This document shows positions 1 through 8,701 of a DNA stretch of 64,000 nucleotides, piece after piece. Each line of letters starts with the position of its first letter. Positions within the stretch are counted from its first letter, which is position 1. A model generated the notes under the pieces. It was not told the DNA's origin, searched no databases, and was given only the letters and a program-made list of their open reading frames with translations. This DNA comes from Candidatus Omnitrophota bacterium. GTDB taxonomy: Bacteria > Omnitrophota > Gorgyraeia > Zapsychrales > Fredricksoniimonadaceae. The translations under genes were made by a program, and so were the position numbers. The stretch spans positions 28,676-92,675 of the forward strand of contig CAIUQE010000031.1 of assembly GCA_903901225.1 (NCBI GenBank). The letters run 5' to 3'.

Positions 1-26
1 ATACCGGAAAGGCTTCTCTTGATCTC

Positions 27-1619
27 TTGTTAAAAGATCGATCTTCTTGCAGGAAATTGCTGGTCCAAATAAAAAACAGTGGCCCGAGTGATGCGTCTAT
101 GACGGAGGTTGGCGTTGATACGGGAGGAGATCTGGTCCCGGATGTGAGGCTGGACTTTGAGCAAAAACCGTTTCTTAATTTCCCTTTCTATCAGGATCGT
201 ATTACGAGATTACTTACAAAACTCAATTATATGATGCATGGTGAAGATTTGAGCACACAAGAGAAAATGTATCAGCGTCTGCTCGGCCGGGAGGATAATC
301 GCGACATACTCTATGAGTTGAGTTCTCTGTTGAGGGATAATTTCCCTTATATGCTAAGCCAGGCAGAAAATTTTTCAAATCTTGAGTTTGCTATCAAGAA
401 AGGAATTTACTATAAGATAGCGCCGCATGTCTATTTAACACCCGTTACAGGCTCATTTAAAAGACATTTAATATTTTGGGCCGATGATCAAGGTGTCATT
501 AAGTTTGCCGGAGAATTTATGATCCCTGGACAGAATCAGACGAGGAGATCGTTTAACGCTCTCGAGCGTAAAACCTTCGCGGAGCGTATCGGGGCTCCTT
601 TTGATTATCGCTATTCTGTAAGGGTATTGCATCAGAGATCTATTCGTTATGTTGGTCCTTTATATGATAGTTATTTCGCAGGACCTACAGATGTTCTGTT
701 TTATGACTACCCATTTGACGGCAAGAGGGTAGAAATGTTGACCAGATCTTGCCGGGAGGCCTGGGCCAGTAAAATGGGGATTACATTATTGGATTTTGAC
801 AGGGACCTTGTACGGCAATCAATGGAATGTTTTTGGGTATTGAAGGTTCTTGGGATTTATACCAATGAAAGTCATAGCGGCAATTTGAGGGCAGGTCTTG
901 TGAAGGATAGTGACGGGCGATACTCTTTGAAGGTTGTGTGGGTTGCTGATTTTCAAATAATGAGGACAAGTTTAGGAGAGCAGATTCTGGATTGCATAGC
1001 CATACCCATTTTGTTCCAAGAATCCCCCTTGTATTATGTGGGCACCTGGGGGCAATTATTCCTTCCAACATATCCTAGCAGGAGATTTGCCCATAAACCC
1101 GATTCAAGGGCATATCAGGGGTTCATGCCCGAATTGATAGAGAGCGGTATAATGCGCTCGGGTCGATTCGGTTGGAAACCTGCATATTACCTGGCAGATA
1201 AGATCAATGTAGAAGAGTTGAAAAAAATTACAGGAGACCTTTACTGGCGGGTGCAGGGAGAGCTGGCAATACAAACTTCGTTCGGATTAAGTCAGTTTAC
1301 TGTTCCCTGGAAAGAAATGATGCGTATGTATTTTGAGACCAAAAAGAAGGTAAAAGCTGTTTGGCAGTCGAAGAATGCTCGCCCATACAGTGATCCCTCT
1401 ATGTTGACACAAAAGCCCGTAGAAAATCATACTGGCGGTATCGACCTCAACGCGAGCCAGATCGACCTCAAGACCCAGAGTGCCGACGGTGGAACGATAT
1501 CGTTCAACATCGACCCGGCCATGCTGAGGCAGGTGGAAGAAGCGTCGGGCATGACGCCGGTCATTGTTGGCATTCGATCCCTCGATAGCCTTCAGCAGTT
1601 TATGGGGATCGTTCAGTAG
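27..1619 (+). CDS. hypothetical protein (530 aa), AT-rich orphan ORF
   Basis: Long uninterrupted ORF whose GC is visibly lower than the flanking core genes. I recognise no catalytic or family motif. It ends about 40 nt before the tRNA-Pro promoter. The true start is uncertain because the ORF runs to the window edge. Confidence 0.5.
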   Translation: MLKDRSSCRKLLVQIKNSGPSDASMTEVGVDTGGDLVPDVRLDFEQKPFLNFPFYQDRITRLLTKLNYMMHGEDLSTQEKMYQRLLGREDNRDILYELSSLLRDNFPYMLSQAENFSNLEFAIKKGIYYKIAPHVYLTPVTGSFKRHLIFWADDQGVIKFAGEFMIPGQNQTRRSFNALERKTFAERIGAPFDYRYSVRVLHQRSIRYVGPLYDSYFAGPTDVLFYDYPFDGKRVEMLTRSCREAWASKMGITLLDFDRDLVRQSMECFWVLKVLGIYTNESHSGNLRAGLVKDSDGRYSLKVVWVADFQIMRTSLGEQILDCIAIPILFQESPLYYVGTWGQLFLPTYPSRRFAHKPDSRAYQGFMPELIESGIMRSGRFGWKPAYYLADKINVEELKKITGDLYWRVQGELAIQTSFGLSQFTVPWKEMMRMYFETKKKVKAVWQSKNARPYSDPSMLTQKPVENHTGGIDLNASQIDLKTQSADGGTISFNIDPAMLRQVEEASGMTPVIVGIRSLDSLQQFMGIVQ

Positions 1620-1657
1620 TGTGTTTTTCCTGGACTTTAAAGAGAATCCAAGAGAAT

Positions 1658-1686
1658 TTGACGCGCGCGGGCTTCGATGCTAGAAT
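1658..1686 (+). promoter_or_regulatory. sigma70-type promoter driving tRNA-Pro
   Basis: TTGACG (1658-1663), 17-nt spacer, TAGAAT (1681-1686). The mature tRNA 5' end at 1711 lies about 24 nt downstream of the -10. Confidence 0.55.
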
Positions 1687-1710
1687 GGCGAATTCTTGAA
1701 GCGTATTTGA

Positions 1711-1784
1711 CGGGAGATAGCGCAGGTGGCTAGCGCGCAACGTTCGGGACGTTGAGGTCGGGGGTTCAAATCCCCCTCTCCCGA
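1711..1784 (+). tRNA. tRNA-Pro (anticodon CGG)
   Basis: Manual cloverleaf: acceptor CGGGAGA/TCTCCCG (7 bp), D-stem GCGC/GCGC, anticodon stem CAACG/CGTTG with loop TTCGGGA (anticodon CGG), T-arm GGGGG-TTCAAAT-CCCCC, discriminator A. 74 nt, 3' CCA not encoded. Confidence 0.8.
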
Positions 1785-1785
1785 T

Positions 1786-1811
1786 AAATTTCCAGGGATT
1801 CCTGGAAATTT
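1786..1811. repeat. 26-bp perfect palindrome immediately 3' of the tRNA
   Basis: AAATTTCCAGG-gatt-CCTGGAAATTT, with 11-bp arms. Confidence 0.75.
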
Positions 1812-1812
1812 A

Positions 1813-1863
1813 CCCCTACAGCCGCGAGATGGCCCAACAGGCCATCCGGGCTGTAGGGGTAAA
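1813..1863. repeat. GC-rich ~50-bp hairpin element, copy 1
   Basis: ACCCCTACAGCC-gcga-GATGGCC-caacag-GCCATC-cgg-GCTGTAGGGGT: nested inverted repeats followed by AAAT. Confidence 0.75.
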
Positions 1864-1887
1864 TCAGATTTTCCTGTTGTAAGTTTT

Positions 1888-1937
1888 CCTACAGCCGCGA
1901 GATGGCCCAACAGGCCATCCGGGCTGCAGGGGTAAAT
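1888..1937. repeat. GC-rich ~50-bp hairpin element, copy 2 (direct repeat of 1813-1863)
   Basis: CCTACAGCCGCGAGATGGCCCAACAGGCCATCCGGGCTGCAGGGGTAAAT is identical to copy 1 except for one T>C in the outer stem and a shorter 5' arm. Confidence 0.75.
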
Positions 1938-1970
1938 GTTCATCCTGCCAGACAGGTGCCGTGGTAACGT

Positions 1971-2264
1971 ATGAGCGACCATGCCGCAGATCCAAATCAA
2001 AAAGTTTCTTTTCATGTGATGTTCTCCGGTGAAGTCCAGGGGGTAGGTTTTCGTTTCACGGCGGTGCGCCTGGCGACGGCACTTGGCCTGGCCGGATGGG
2101 TCAGGAATCTCTCCGATGGCCGCGTGGAACTTTCTGCCGAAGGGGCGCGCGCGGTGTGCCGGGAACTGGTTGAACGGCTCAAGCGGCAATTTATGGTTGA
2201 TGACGTCGTTGTCAGTGAGGGCCCGGCATCAGGCGTTCTAACGTCGTTCGATGTGAAATACTAA
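1971..2264 (+). CDS. acyP: acylphosphatase
   Basis: 97 aa with the acylphosphatase signature V-x-G-x-V-Q-G-V-x-F-R (FSGEVQGVGFRF) and GWVRNLSDGRVE. Confidence 0.85.
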   Translation: MSDHAADPNQKVSFHVMFSGEVQGVGFRFTAVRLATALGLAGWVRNLSDGRVELSAEGARAVCRELVERLKRQFMVDDVVVSEGPASGVLTSFDVKY

Positions 2265-2268
2265 AGCT

Positions 2269-4266
2269 ATGGACAGACAAACCGCACGTGCAAAGATCAA
2301 GCAGCTGAGCGAGGCAATCACGCGCCACGACCATGCTTATTATGTGATGGATGATCCGGTCGTTTCCGACAGTGAATACGATGCCTTGATGAAAACCCTG
2401 GCCGGGCTTGAGGCTGAATTTCCGGAATATGTGGCCCTTGATTCGCCGACGCAGCGGGTGGGGGCCGGGGTGGCGTCGGGCGTCAGGACTTTCACCCACG
2501 CGGTGAAAATGTTGTCGCTGGACAATACGTATTCTGCCGATGAGCTGCGCGCCTGGTTTGCCAGGGTCTACAAGATCCTGGGCCGGGACGATGTCGAGTT
2601 CATCGTTGAATTGAAGATAGACGGCGTCAGTGCCGCGCTGGTGTATGAGGCGGGGATGTTTGCCGTTGGCGCCACGCGCGGGGACGGGGCGACGGGAGAG
2701 GACGTGACGCACAATATCCGCGCCATGCGTTCCGTGCCGCTCCGTTTGCGCGCCGCGGGGCCAAAGCTTGTTGAGATACGCGGCGAGGTCTATATTGACA
2801 AGGCTGATTTTGACACGGTCAACGCGCGCCGCCGGGAGGCGGGTGAAGACGCCTTCATCAACGCGCGCAATGCCGCGAGCGGGTCTTTGAAATTGCTGGA
2901 TCCCGCCGCATCAGCCGGGAGGCGCCTGCGATTTTTTGTGCATTCATTTGGACGGATGGAGGGCGGGCGTTCCCTGCGGTCACAGTCTGATTTCCTGTCG
3001 TTGGCCCGTACCTGGGGTTTCGCGGTCAATCCTCATACGCGCCTGTGCCGCGGCGCTGATGACACGCTCAAGGCCTGCGCTGCTTTTGAGGCCATGCGCG
3101 ATGAGCTGCCTTATGATGTGGACGGTGTTGTCATCAAGGTGAACCATTTCGACGACCAGCTGGTCCTGGGCGAGACGATGAAAAGCCCGCGCTGGGCGGT
3201 CGCTTTCAAGTTCGCCGCGTACCAGGCGACGACGTTGGTGCGCGCGATCGTTGTCCAGGTGGGGCGGACCGGTGTCCTGACGCCCGTGGCGGAACTCGAA
3301 CCTGTGTTTTGCGGCGGCGTGACGATCAGCCGCGCCACACTCCATAATTTCGATGAAATTGCCCGCCTCGGGGTTGCTCCGGGTGACAGGGTCCTTATCG
3401 AGCGGGCGGGCGATGTCATCCCGAAGGTCGTTAAAGTTGTTGAAAAGAGCCTTGAACGCGTTACGCTGAAGAAAGTCCCGGCGGATTGTCCCGCGTGCCG
3501 GGAAGAATTTGTCATCGAGGATGAGGGTGGCGTGGCGCGCCGTTGCATCAATCCTTCCTGCCCCAAGCAGCTGGAGCGGCGCATCCTGCATTTCGCTGCG
3601 CGCGACGCGATGGATATCGAGGGCATGGGGGAAGCCTTTGTCCAACAGCTTCTGGAAAAAAGCCTCGTGCATAATGTGGCGGACGTTTATACTTTGAAGA
3701 AAGAAGACCTGCTGGCGCTTGAGCTTTTCGGAGAAAAGAAAGCGGACAATATCCTGGCCGCGGTCCTGAAAAGCAAGCACCAGCCGCTGAGCCGCTTGAT
3801 CTTTGGTTTGGGCATTCCCCATATAGGTTCCCGGGCGTCGCAGCTTCTGGCGCGGCGGTTCACGGATATGGACGCCCTGGCGCGCGCCGGTGAGGATGAG
3901 CTGAAAGCTGTCGAGGACATGGGTGAGGTGATGGCGCGCTCTGTCAGGGATTATTTCGCGAAGGACGTGACGCACCAGCTTGTCGGGCAGTTGAGGGCCG
4001 CCGGTGTTAACATGGCCGAGCCGCAGGTGCCGTCGACCGGAAAGTTGGCCGGAAAAGTTTTTGTGTTTACGGGAGAGATGGTCCGTTATGCCCGCTCCGA
4101 GGCGGGGGCCAGGGTTAAGGTCCTCGGGGCGGATGTGGGCGCGGCGGTGACAAAGGCCACGGATTTTGTCGTGGCCGGGGACCGCGCGGGGTCCAAACTG
4201 GAAAAGGCCCGCAAACTGGGCGTGAAGGTCATCAATGAACAGGAATTTGAGGAGCTGATCTCATGA
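2269..4266 (+). CDS. ligA: NAD-dependent DNA ligase
   Basis: 665 aa. Adenylation motif KIDGVSA (KxDG), a Zn-finger Cys cluster (CPACREEF...CINPSC), HhH repeats and a C-terminal BRCT domain. Confidence 0.95.
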   Translation: MDRQTARAKIKQLSEAITRHDHAYYVMDDPVVSDSEYDALMKTLAGLEAEFPEYVALDSPTQRVGAGVASGVRTFTHAVKMLSLDNTYSADELRAWFARVYKILGRDDVEFIVELKIDGVSAALVYEAGMFAVGATRGDGATGEDVTHNIRAMRSVPLRLRAAGPKLVEIRGEVYIDKADFDTVNARRREAGEDAFINARNAASGSLKLLDPAASAGRRLRFFVHSFGRMEGGRSLRSQSDFLSLARTWGFAVNPHTRLCRGADDTLKACAAFEAMRDELPYDVDGVVIKVNHFDDQLVLGETMKSPRWAVAFKFAAYQATTLVRAIVVQVGRTGVLTPVAELEPVFCGGVTISRATLHNFDEIARLGVAPGDRVLIERAGDVIPKVVKVVEKSLERVTLKKVPADCPACREEFVIEDEGGVARRCINPSCPKQLERRILHFAARDAMDIEGMGEAFVQQLLEKSLVHNVADVYTLKKEDLLALELFGEKKADNILAAVLKSKHQPLSRLIFGLGIPHIGSRASQLLARRFTDMDALARAGEDELKAVEDMGEVMARSVRDYFAKDVTHQLVGQLRAAGVNMAEPQVPSTGKLAGKVFVFTGEMVRYARSEAGARVKVLGADVGAAVTKATDFVVAGDRAGSKLEKARKLGVKVINEQEFEELIS

Positions 4267-4793
4267 CAATGCTGATGGCGTCGAGAAAATTTATGCTGGT
4301 CGTTATGGCGGTTTCTTTGTGCGTATTATCCGTGTCCGGTTGTTCTTCCCTGCGCAAGAAGTTCACCCGTACGCCCAAAGGCGCGAAGACGGAAGATGTG
4401 TTCATTCCTGTCCTTGAGCCGGTGGAATACAAAAAGACCGAAGAAACACCGCAACAGATCTATCAGATCCATTATTCAACGCTCCAGGCTTATTTCAAGG
4501 ATCTTTGGGATGCGCTGGGCAAGTCCAGCGGCGGTGAAAAGAGGGAAAAATATATTTTGACGGAGATGTTGTCGCATTTTGATTTCATGGCCGGCCAACT
4601 TTCACAGGTCAAGAAAGCTGAGCTTGACGCTGTGCGCGCGCATATCATCAAAGTCCTGAAAGAATATGACAAGCCGCAGGGCATGCGCCGTTATGACCGG
4701 ATGAGCTCGGACATGCGCGCTGTCGAGAGGGAGATCAACAGGGAGTTCAAACCCGGAATTGTTGCCAGCGCGCTCGTGGTGGCGGGGAAGTGA
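4263..4793 (+). CDS. putative lipoprotein (176 aa)
   Basis: N-terminal signal peptide with lipobox LSVSGC. The ATGA start overlaps the ligA stop and its own stop overlaps the xerD start. No family recognised. Confidence 0.6.
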   Translation: MTMLMASRKFMLVVMAVSLCVLSVSGCSSLRKKFTRTPKGAKTEDVFIPVLEPVEYKKTEETPQQIYQIHYSTLQAYFKDLWDALGKSSGGEKREKYILTEMLSHFDFMAGQLSQVKKAELDAVRAHIIKVLKEYDKPQGMRRYDRMSSDMRAVEREINREFKPGIVASALVVAGK

Positions 4794-5680
4794 AAGCCCT
4801 GATCGCGGAATTCCTCAACTATCTTTCTGTTGAGCGGGGCCTCGCGAAGAATACCCTGATGGCCTATGGGCGCGACCTGAAAGTTTATTGCGGATATCTG
4901 GAAAAAACGGCCGGGATCACAACACCGGATGCCATCAGGCATCAGGATATCAGCGCGTACATGATGGCCCGCAAGAAGGCCGGTATCGAGGCCGTGTCGA
5001 TCTCCCGCGGCCTGGCCGCGGTAAGGATGTTCCACAGGTTCCTCGTCCGCGAGTCGTTCGCCAAAGAGGATCCGACGGGACTCGTGGATACGCCCAAGCT
5101 GTGGCAGCGCATCCCCGATGTCCTGACCCAGGCCGAGGTTGAGGCCATGATCAACGCGGCGTCCGGGAATGACGCCCAGAGCGTCCGCGACCGCGCCATG
5201 CTGGAACTTTTTTACGCGTCAGGGCTGCGCGTGTCCGAGCTGGTGGCGTTGCGGCTGGAAGATGTCAATCTTGAGGGCGGCACGGTCATTTGCATGGGCA
5301 AAGGCAGCAAGGAGCGCATCATTCCCGTCGGCGGGAAGGCGCGTGAAACGCTCGAAAAATACCTGGCCAAAGCACGGCTCAAGATCCTTAACGGGCGCAG
5401 GGAACCGGCCATTTTTATCAGCCGCCTCGGCAAGTCCTTGTCGCGCCAGAGCGCCTGGAAGATCATCAAGTTTTATGCCCGTAAAGCGGGGGTCAAGAAA
5501 AATATCATGCCGCATACGTTAAGGCATACGTTCGCCACGCATCTTCTGGAACATGGCGCTGATCTGCGCAGTGTCCAGGAAATGCTGGGGCATTCCGATA
5601 TTTCAACGACGCAGATCTACACGCATGTGGACAAGGGCCGCCTGCGCGCGATCCATCAAAAATTTCATCCGAGAGGTTGA
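4790..5680 (+). CDS. xerD: site-specific tyrosine recombinase XerD/XerC family
   Basis: GTG start. C-terminal catalytic region RHTFATHLLEHGADLRSVQEMLGHSDISTTQIYTHV with the R..HxxR..Y pentad. An N-terminal core-binding domain is present. The XerD versus XerC call is tentative. Confidence 0.85.
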   Translation: MKALIAEFLNYLSVERGLAKNTLMAYGRDLKVYCGYLEKTAGITTPDAIRHQDISAYMMARKKAGIEAVSISRGLAAVRMFHRFLVRESFAKEDPTGLVDTPKLWQRIPDVLTQAEVEAMINAASGNDAQSVRDRAMLELFYASGLRVSELVALRLEDVNLEGGTVICMGKGSKERIIPVGGKARETLEKYLAKARLKILNGRREPAIFISRLGKSLSRQSAWKIIKFYARKAGVKKNIMPHTLRHTFATHLLEHGADLRSVQEMLGHSDISTTQIYTHVDKGRLRAIHQKFHPRG

Positions 5681-5681
5681 A

Positions 5682-6569
5682 TTGAAACGGCTTAACTTTT
5701 CATTATATCCTGAGAGTATCCGCCGGATCTTGCGGGAGGCTGGCGCTGAAGCCGACGCGGCGGGTGTGCGCGCTTATCTGGTCGGCGGGGCGGTGCGCGA
5801 CCTTATTTTGGGGGCCGTCAGCACGGATATCGACGTGGTGGTAGAGGGTGACGGGATTGCTTTCGCCCGCAGGCTGGAGGCGGTATGGAAAGCCAAAGCC
5901 CTCTTTCATGAGAAATTCAGGACCGCGGCGCTTACGTTGAAGGAGGGGATGGTGGTGGATGTGGTCACCGCGCGCCGCGAGACGTACGCGCGTAGCGGCG
6001 CCTTGCCGGATGTTGTGCCCGCGACTCTGAAAGAGGACCTCGCGCGCCGGGATTTTACGATCAATGCCATGGCGCTCGCGCTCAATACCCCGGAGGCGGG
6101 GAAATTACGCGATGATCTCGGGGGGGCCAGGGACCTTGACGCGAAGCTTATCCGCATCATGCATGAGAAAAGTTTTACGGATGACCCTACGCGCATCCTG
6201 CGCGCCGCGCGTTACGCGGTGCGTTTCGGGTTCCAGTTCGAGGCCCTGACGCAGGATTGCCTTGACCAGGCCGTGATCGCGGATGTTTTCAAGACGATAA
6301 CTCCGGCAAGGTATTTCCTTGAACTGCGCCGCATCCTTGAAGAAAAGGACCCTGTGCCCGCGATGGACCTTCTGGCGTCGTGGGGCGCGGTGCGTTATGT
6401 CCCGTATGAGGCCGAAGATCGCGCCAGGCTTGCGGCTTCGGCCGGGGACTGGACGGACCGCCTGGGAGGCCTTCTTGATAAGACACCGGTTGATGCGGCC
6501 CGCGAGATCCTGACGGCATTCAATGTATCCCGTTCCGCGCAGAAAAAGATCGTTCAAAAGAACACATAG
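5682..6569 (+). CDS. tRNA nucleotidyltransferase / poly(A) polymerase family protein (short, head/neck domains only)
   Basis: GGAVRDLILG...DIDVVV nucleotidyltransferase motif and RDFTINAMA. The likely start is TTG 5682, 2 nt after the xerD stop, with the GAGAGG RBS at 5671-5676. The ORF track gives an overlapping upstream ATG at 5553. No HD domain is present. Confidence 0.65.
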   Translation: MKRLNFSLYPESIRRILREAGAEADAAGVRAYLVGGAVRDLILGAVSTDIDVVVEGDGIAFARRLEAVWKAKALFHEKFRTAALTLKEGMVVDVVTARRETYARSGALPDVVPATLKEDLARRDFTINAMALALNTPEAGKLRDDLGGARDLDAKLIRIMHEKSFTDDPTRILRAARYAVRFGFQFEALTQDCLDQAVIADVFKTITPARYFLELRRILEEKDPVPAMDLLASWGAVRYVPYEAEDRARLAASAGDWTDRLGGLLDKTPVDAAREILTAFNVSRSAQKKIVQKNT

Positions 6570-6645
6570 CCTTTGCAAGAGCGGGTTGTTCTGATATGCT
6601 TGGGTGCGCCTTTGCTGTGCCGAAGGTGCCTAAAAGGGGTGGACC

Positions 6646-7056
6646 ATGGACCGGATGGACAAGATCAACCAATTTTTCAAGCGTGAGATCAGCAGCATGC
6701 TGCTGCTCGGCGAGATCAGGGACCCGCGCGTCAAATCCGTCACCATTACCTATGTGGATGTCAGCAAGGATCTCAGCTGGGCGCATGTCGGTTTCAGCAT
6801 CCTCTCGGATGACCCAAAAGATATCAGGGATGTCCAGGCCGGGCTTGACTCGGCTCGCGGCGCCGTGCGCCGGCTTTTGGGCCAGCGGGTAACGCTGCGC
6901 CATGTTCCCGAGGTCAAGTTCGTTCACGACAATACCATTGCCCAGAGCGTGCACATGGCTAAAATGTTCGATGATCTTCAGCGGGAGCGTGTTGCGCGCG
7001 ATGGTGTTGAGCCAGGCGAGGCCGGGAGCGACGGGACAGAGGAGGCGGCGGCATGA
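6646..7056 (+). CDS. rbfA: ribosome-binding factor A
   Basis: 136 aa. RbfA KH-like core (KINQFFKREISSMLL...DPRVKSVTITYVDVSKDLSWAHV). Confidence 0.9.
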   Translation: MDRMDKINQFFKREISSMLLLGEIRDPRVKSVTITYVDVSKDLSWAHVGFSILSDDPKDIRDVQAGLDSARGAVRRLLGQRVTLRHVPEVKFVHDNTIAQSVHMAKMFDDLQRERVARDGVEPGEAGSDGTEEAAA

Positions 7057-8033
7057 TAGAACGCGCGATCGTCCGTCTTATCAAGAAACACACGACGTTT
7101 TTGGTGACCATGCACGTCAACCCCGACCCTGACGCGCTGGGTGCGGCTTTGGCCATGGCCCTGTTCCTGCGCGCGTCGGGGAAAAAGGTAAAGGTCGTTA
7201 ACGACGGGATATGCCCGGAATGGCTCAAGTTCATGCCGCAAAGCCGGCTTTACGAGGTCTTTGACGAAGCCATGAAGTTTGCTCCTGATGTCGTTATCGT
7301 GATGGACAGTGGCGATATCAAGCGCATCGGACGTGTCGCCCGGTTCATCCGCCCCGGGGTCACGGTCGTCAACATCGACCACCATGTCACCAACAATAAT
7401 TTCGGCGACCATAATCTTGTGCGGACGGAGCTTTCCTCAACGTCCGAGAATCTTTATCTACTCCTCAAGGCTGCCGGGGCCAGGTTCACGCGGGACATCG
7501 CCACCCTGCTGTATCTTGGCATCCTGACGGACACCGGTTCTTTTGGTTTTGATTGCACCAGTTCCCACACGCACCAGGTCATCGCCGAGCTTTTGAAATT
7601 CAAGCTCCCGGTGAGCGACCTGTACCGGCAGGTGTACGAGACCATGCCGGAAAAAGACCTCAAGATATTCCTGTCGCTCATCAATACGCTCAGCCTTCAC
7701 CACGGGGGGCAGGTCGCGTGCCTGACGCTGACCAAAAGGCAGGCGGCACGGTTTTCGGATGAGTTCGACCTCAAGGACAAGGTTTTCACCTTCCTGCGCG
7801 CCGTCAAGGGGATCGAGGTCATCATGATCCTCACGCAGCAGGACGCTAAGAAAACGCGCCTGAACCTGCGCAGTCGCGGTATGGTGGATGTGGCGCGTTT
7901 TGTCCTGCCGTTCAACGGCGGCGGGCACAAGAAGGCGAGCGGAGGTTTTGTGGAGTTGCCGTTGTTCCGGTCCAAGGCGCTTATTCTGGAAAAACTCGGG
8001 AAAATCCTGCCCCGTCGGGGCAAGGGGGCATGA
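7053..8033 (+). CDS. nrnA: DHH-family phosphoesterase (NrnA-like oligoribonuclease/pAp phosphatase)
   Basis: DHH motifs (HVNPDPDALGAALA, DHH at IDHHVTNNNFGD) and a DHHA1-like C-terminus (GGGHKKASG). Sits at the conserved rbfA-nrnA-truB position. Confidence 0.8.
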   Translation: MIERAIVRLIKKHTTFLVTMHVNPDPDALGAALAMALFLRASGKKVKVVNDGICPEWLKFMPQSRLYEVFDEAMKFAPDVVIVMDSGDIKRIGRVARFIRPGVTVVNIDHHVTNNNFGDHNLVRTELSSTSENLYLLLKAAGARFTRDIATLLYLGILTDTGSFGFDCTSSHTHQVIAELLKFKLPVSDLYRQVYETMPEKDLKIFLSLINTLSLHHGGQVACLTLTKRQAARFSDEFDLKDKVFTFLRAVKGIEVIMILTQQDAKKTRLNLRSRGMVDVARFVLPFNGGGHKKASGGFVELPLFRSKALILEKLGKILPRRGKGA

Positions 8034-8701
8034 TGGATGGCATTATCGTTGTTGACAAGCCTTCGGGGATGACCTCGCACGATGTCGTGGCGATCGTGCG
8101 CCGCAGCCTCAGGTTCAAGCGCGTCGGGCATGCCGGCACCCTCGATCCTCTGGCCACGGGCGTCCTGGTGATCCTCGTCGGAAAGTCAACCCAGCTTTTT
8201 AACAAGTTCGTCGCCTTCGACAAGGCTTATGACGCCACGCTGAAGCTTGGCGTGAAGACCCACAGCGCCGACATCCAGGGTGATGTGCTTCAGGAGCGGC
8301 CTTTTGACGGTGTCACGCGCGCCATGGTGGAAGCCTCTTTCAGGAAATTCACCGGCGTGATCGACCAGGTCCCGCCCATGGTCTCGGCCGTCAAGCACAA
8401 GGGCGAACGGCTGTACAAGCTCGCGCGCAAGGGGGTGGCGGTCGAGCGCGCCCCGCGGCAGATAAGGATCGATTCACTGCAGCTTTTGGAATTCGCCCCG
8501 CCTCTGGTAAAATTCAGCCTGGCGTGTTCGAAGGGGACGTATGTTCGTCAGGTGGCCGATGATGTGGGCGAGGATCTGGGGTGCGGCGCGTGCATTACCG
8601 AGATCCGCCGCACGCTGGTTGGCCCTTTTACGATCAAGGAAGCAGTCAGGCTTGATGATGTCAATGCGACGCATATTCACCACTGGAACCCTGGCGCATA
8701 A
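8030..8701 (+). CDS. truB: tRNA pseudouridine-55 synthase
   Basis: GIIVVDKPSGMTSHDVV...GHAGTLDPLATGVLVILVG carries the catalytic Asp motif (TLDP). Confidence 0.95.
   Translation: MMDGIIVVDKPSGMTSHDVVAIVRRSLRFKRVGHAGTLDPLATGVLVILVGKSTQLFNKFVAFDKAYDATLKLGVKTHSADIQGDVLQERPFDGVTRAMVEASFRKFTGVIDQVPPMVSAVKHKGERLYKLARKGVAVERAPRQIRIDSLQLLEFAPPLVKFSLACSKGTYVRQVADDVGEDLGCGACITEIRRTLVGPFTIKEAVRLDDVNATHIHHWNPGA

Noticed and set aside
1813-1937. Possible CRISPR array (direct repeats near a tRNA)
   Set aside because: Only two repeat copies, a 25-bp AT-rich spacer and no cas genes in the window. The repeats are long internally palindromic hairpins, which fits REP/terminator-like elements better.
2980-3975. 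331-aa minus-strand ORF antisense to ligA
   Set aside because: It lies entirely inside the well-supported ligA reading frame. It has an Arg/His/Pro-rich low-complexity composition typical of GC-rich antisense frames, with no RBS or motif.
5169-5522. 117-aa + strand ORF inside xerD in another frame
   Set aside because: Fully nested in the xerD frame, which has the complete tyrosine-recombinase catalytic motifs. The alternative-frame product is an Ala/Arg/Ser-rich low-complexity artefact.
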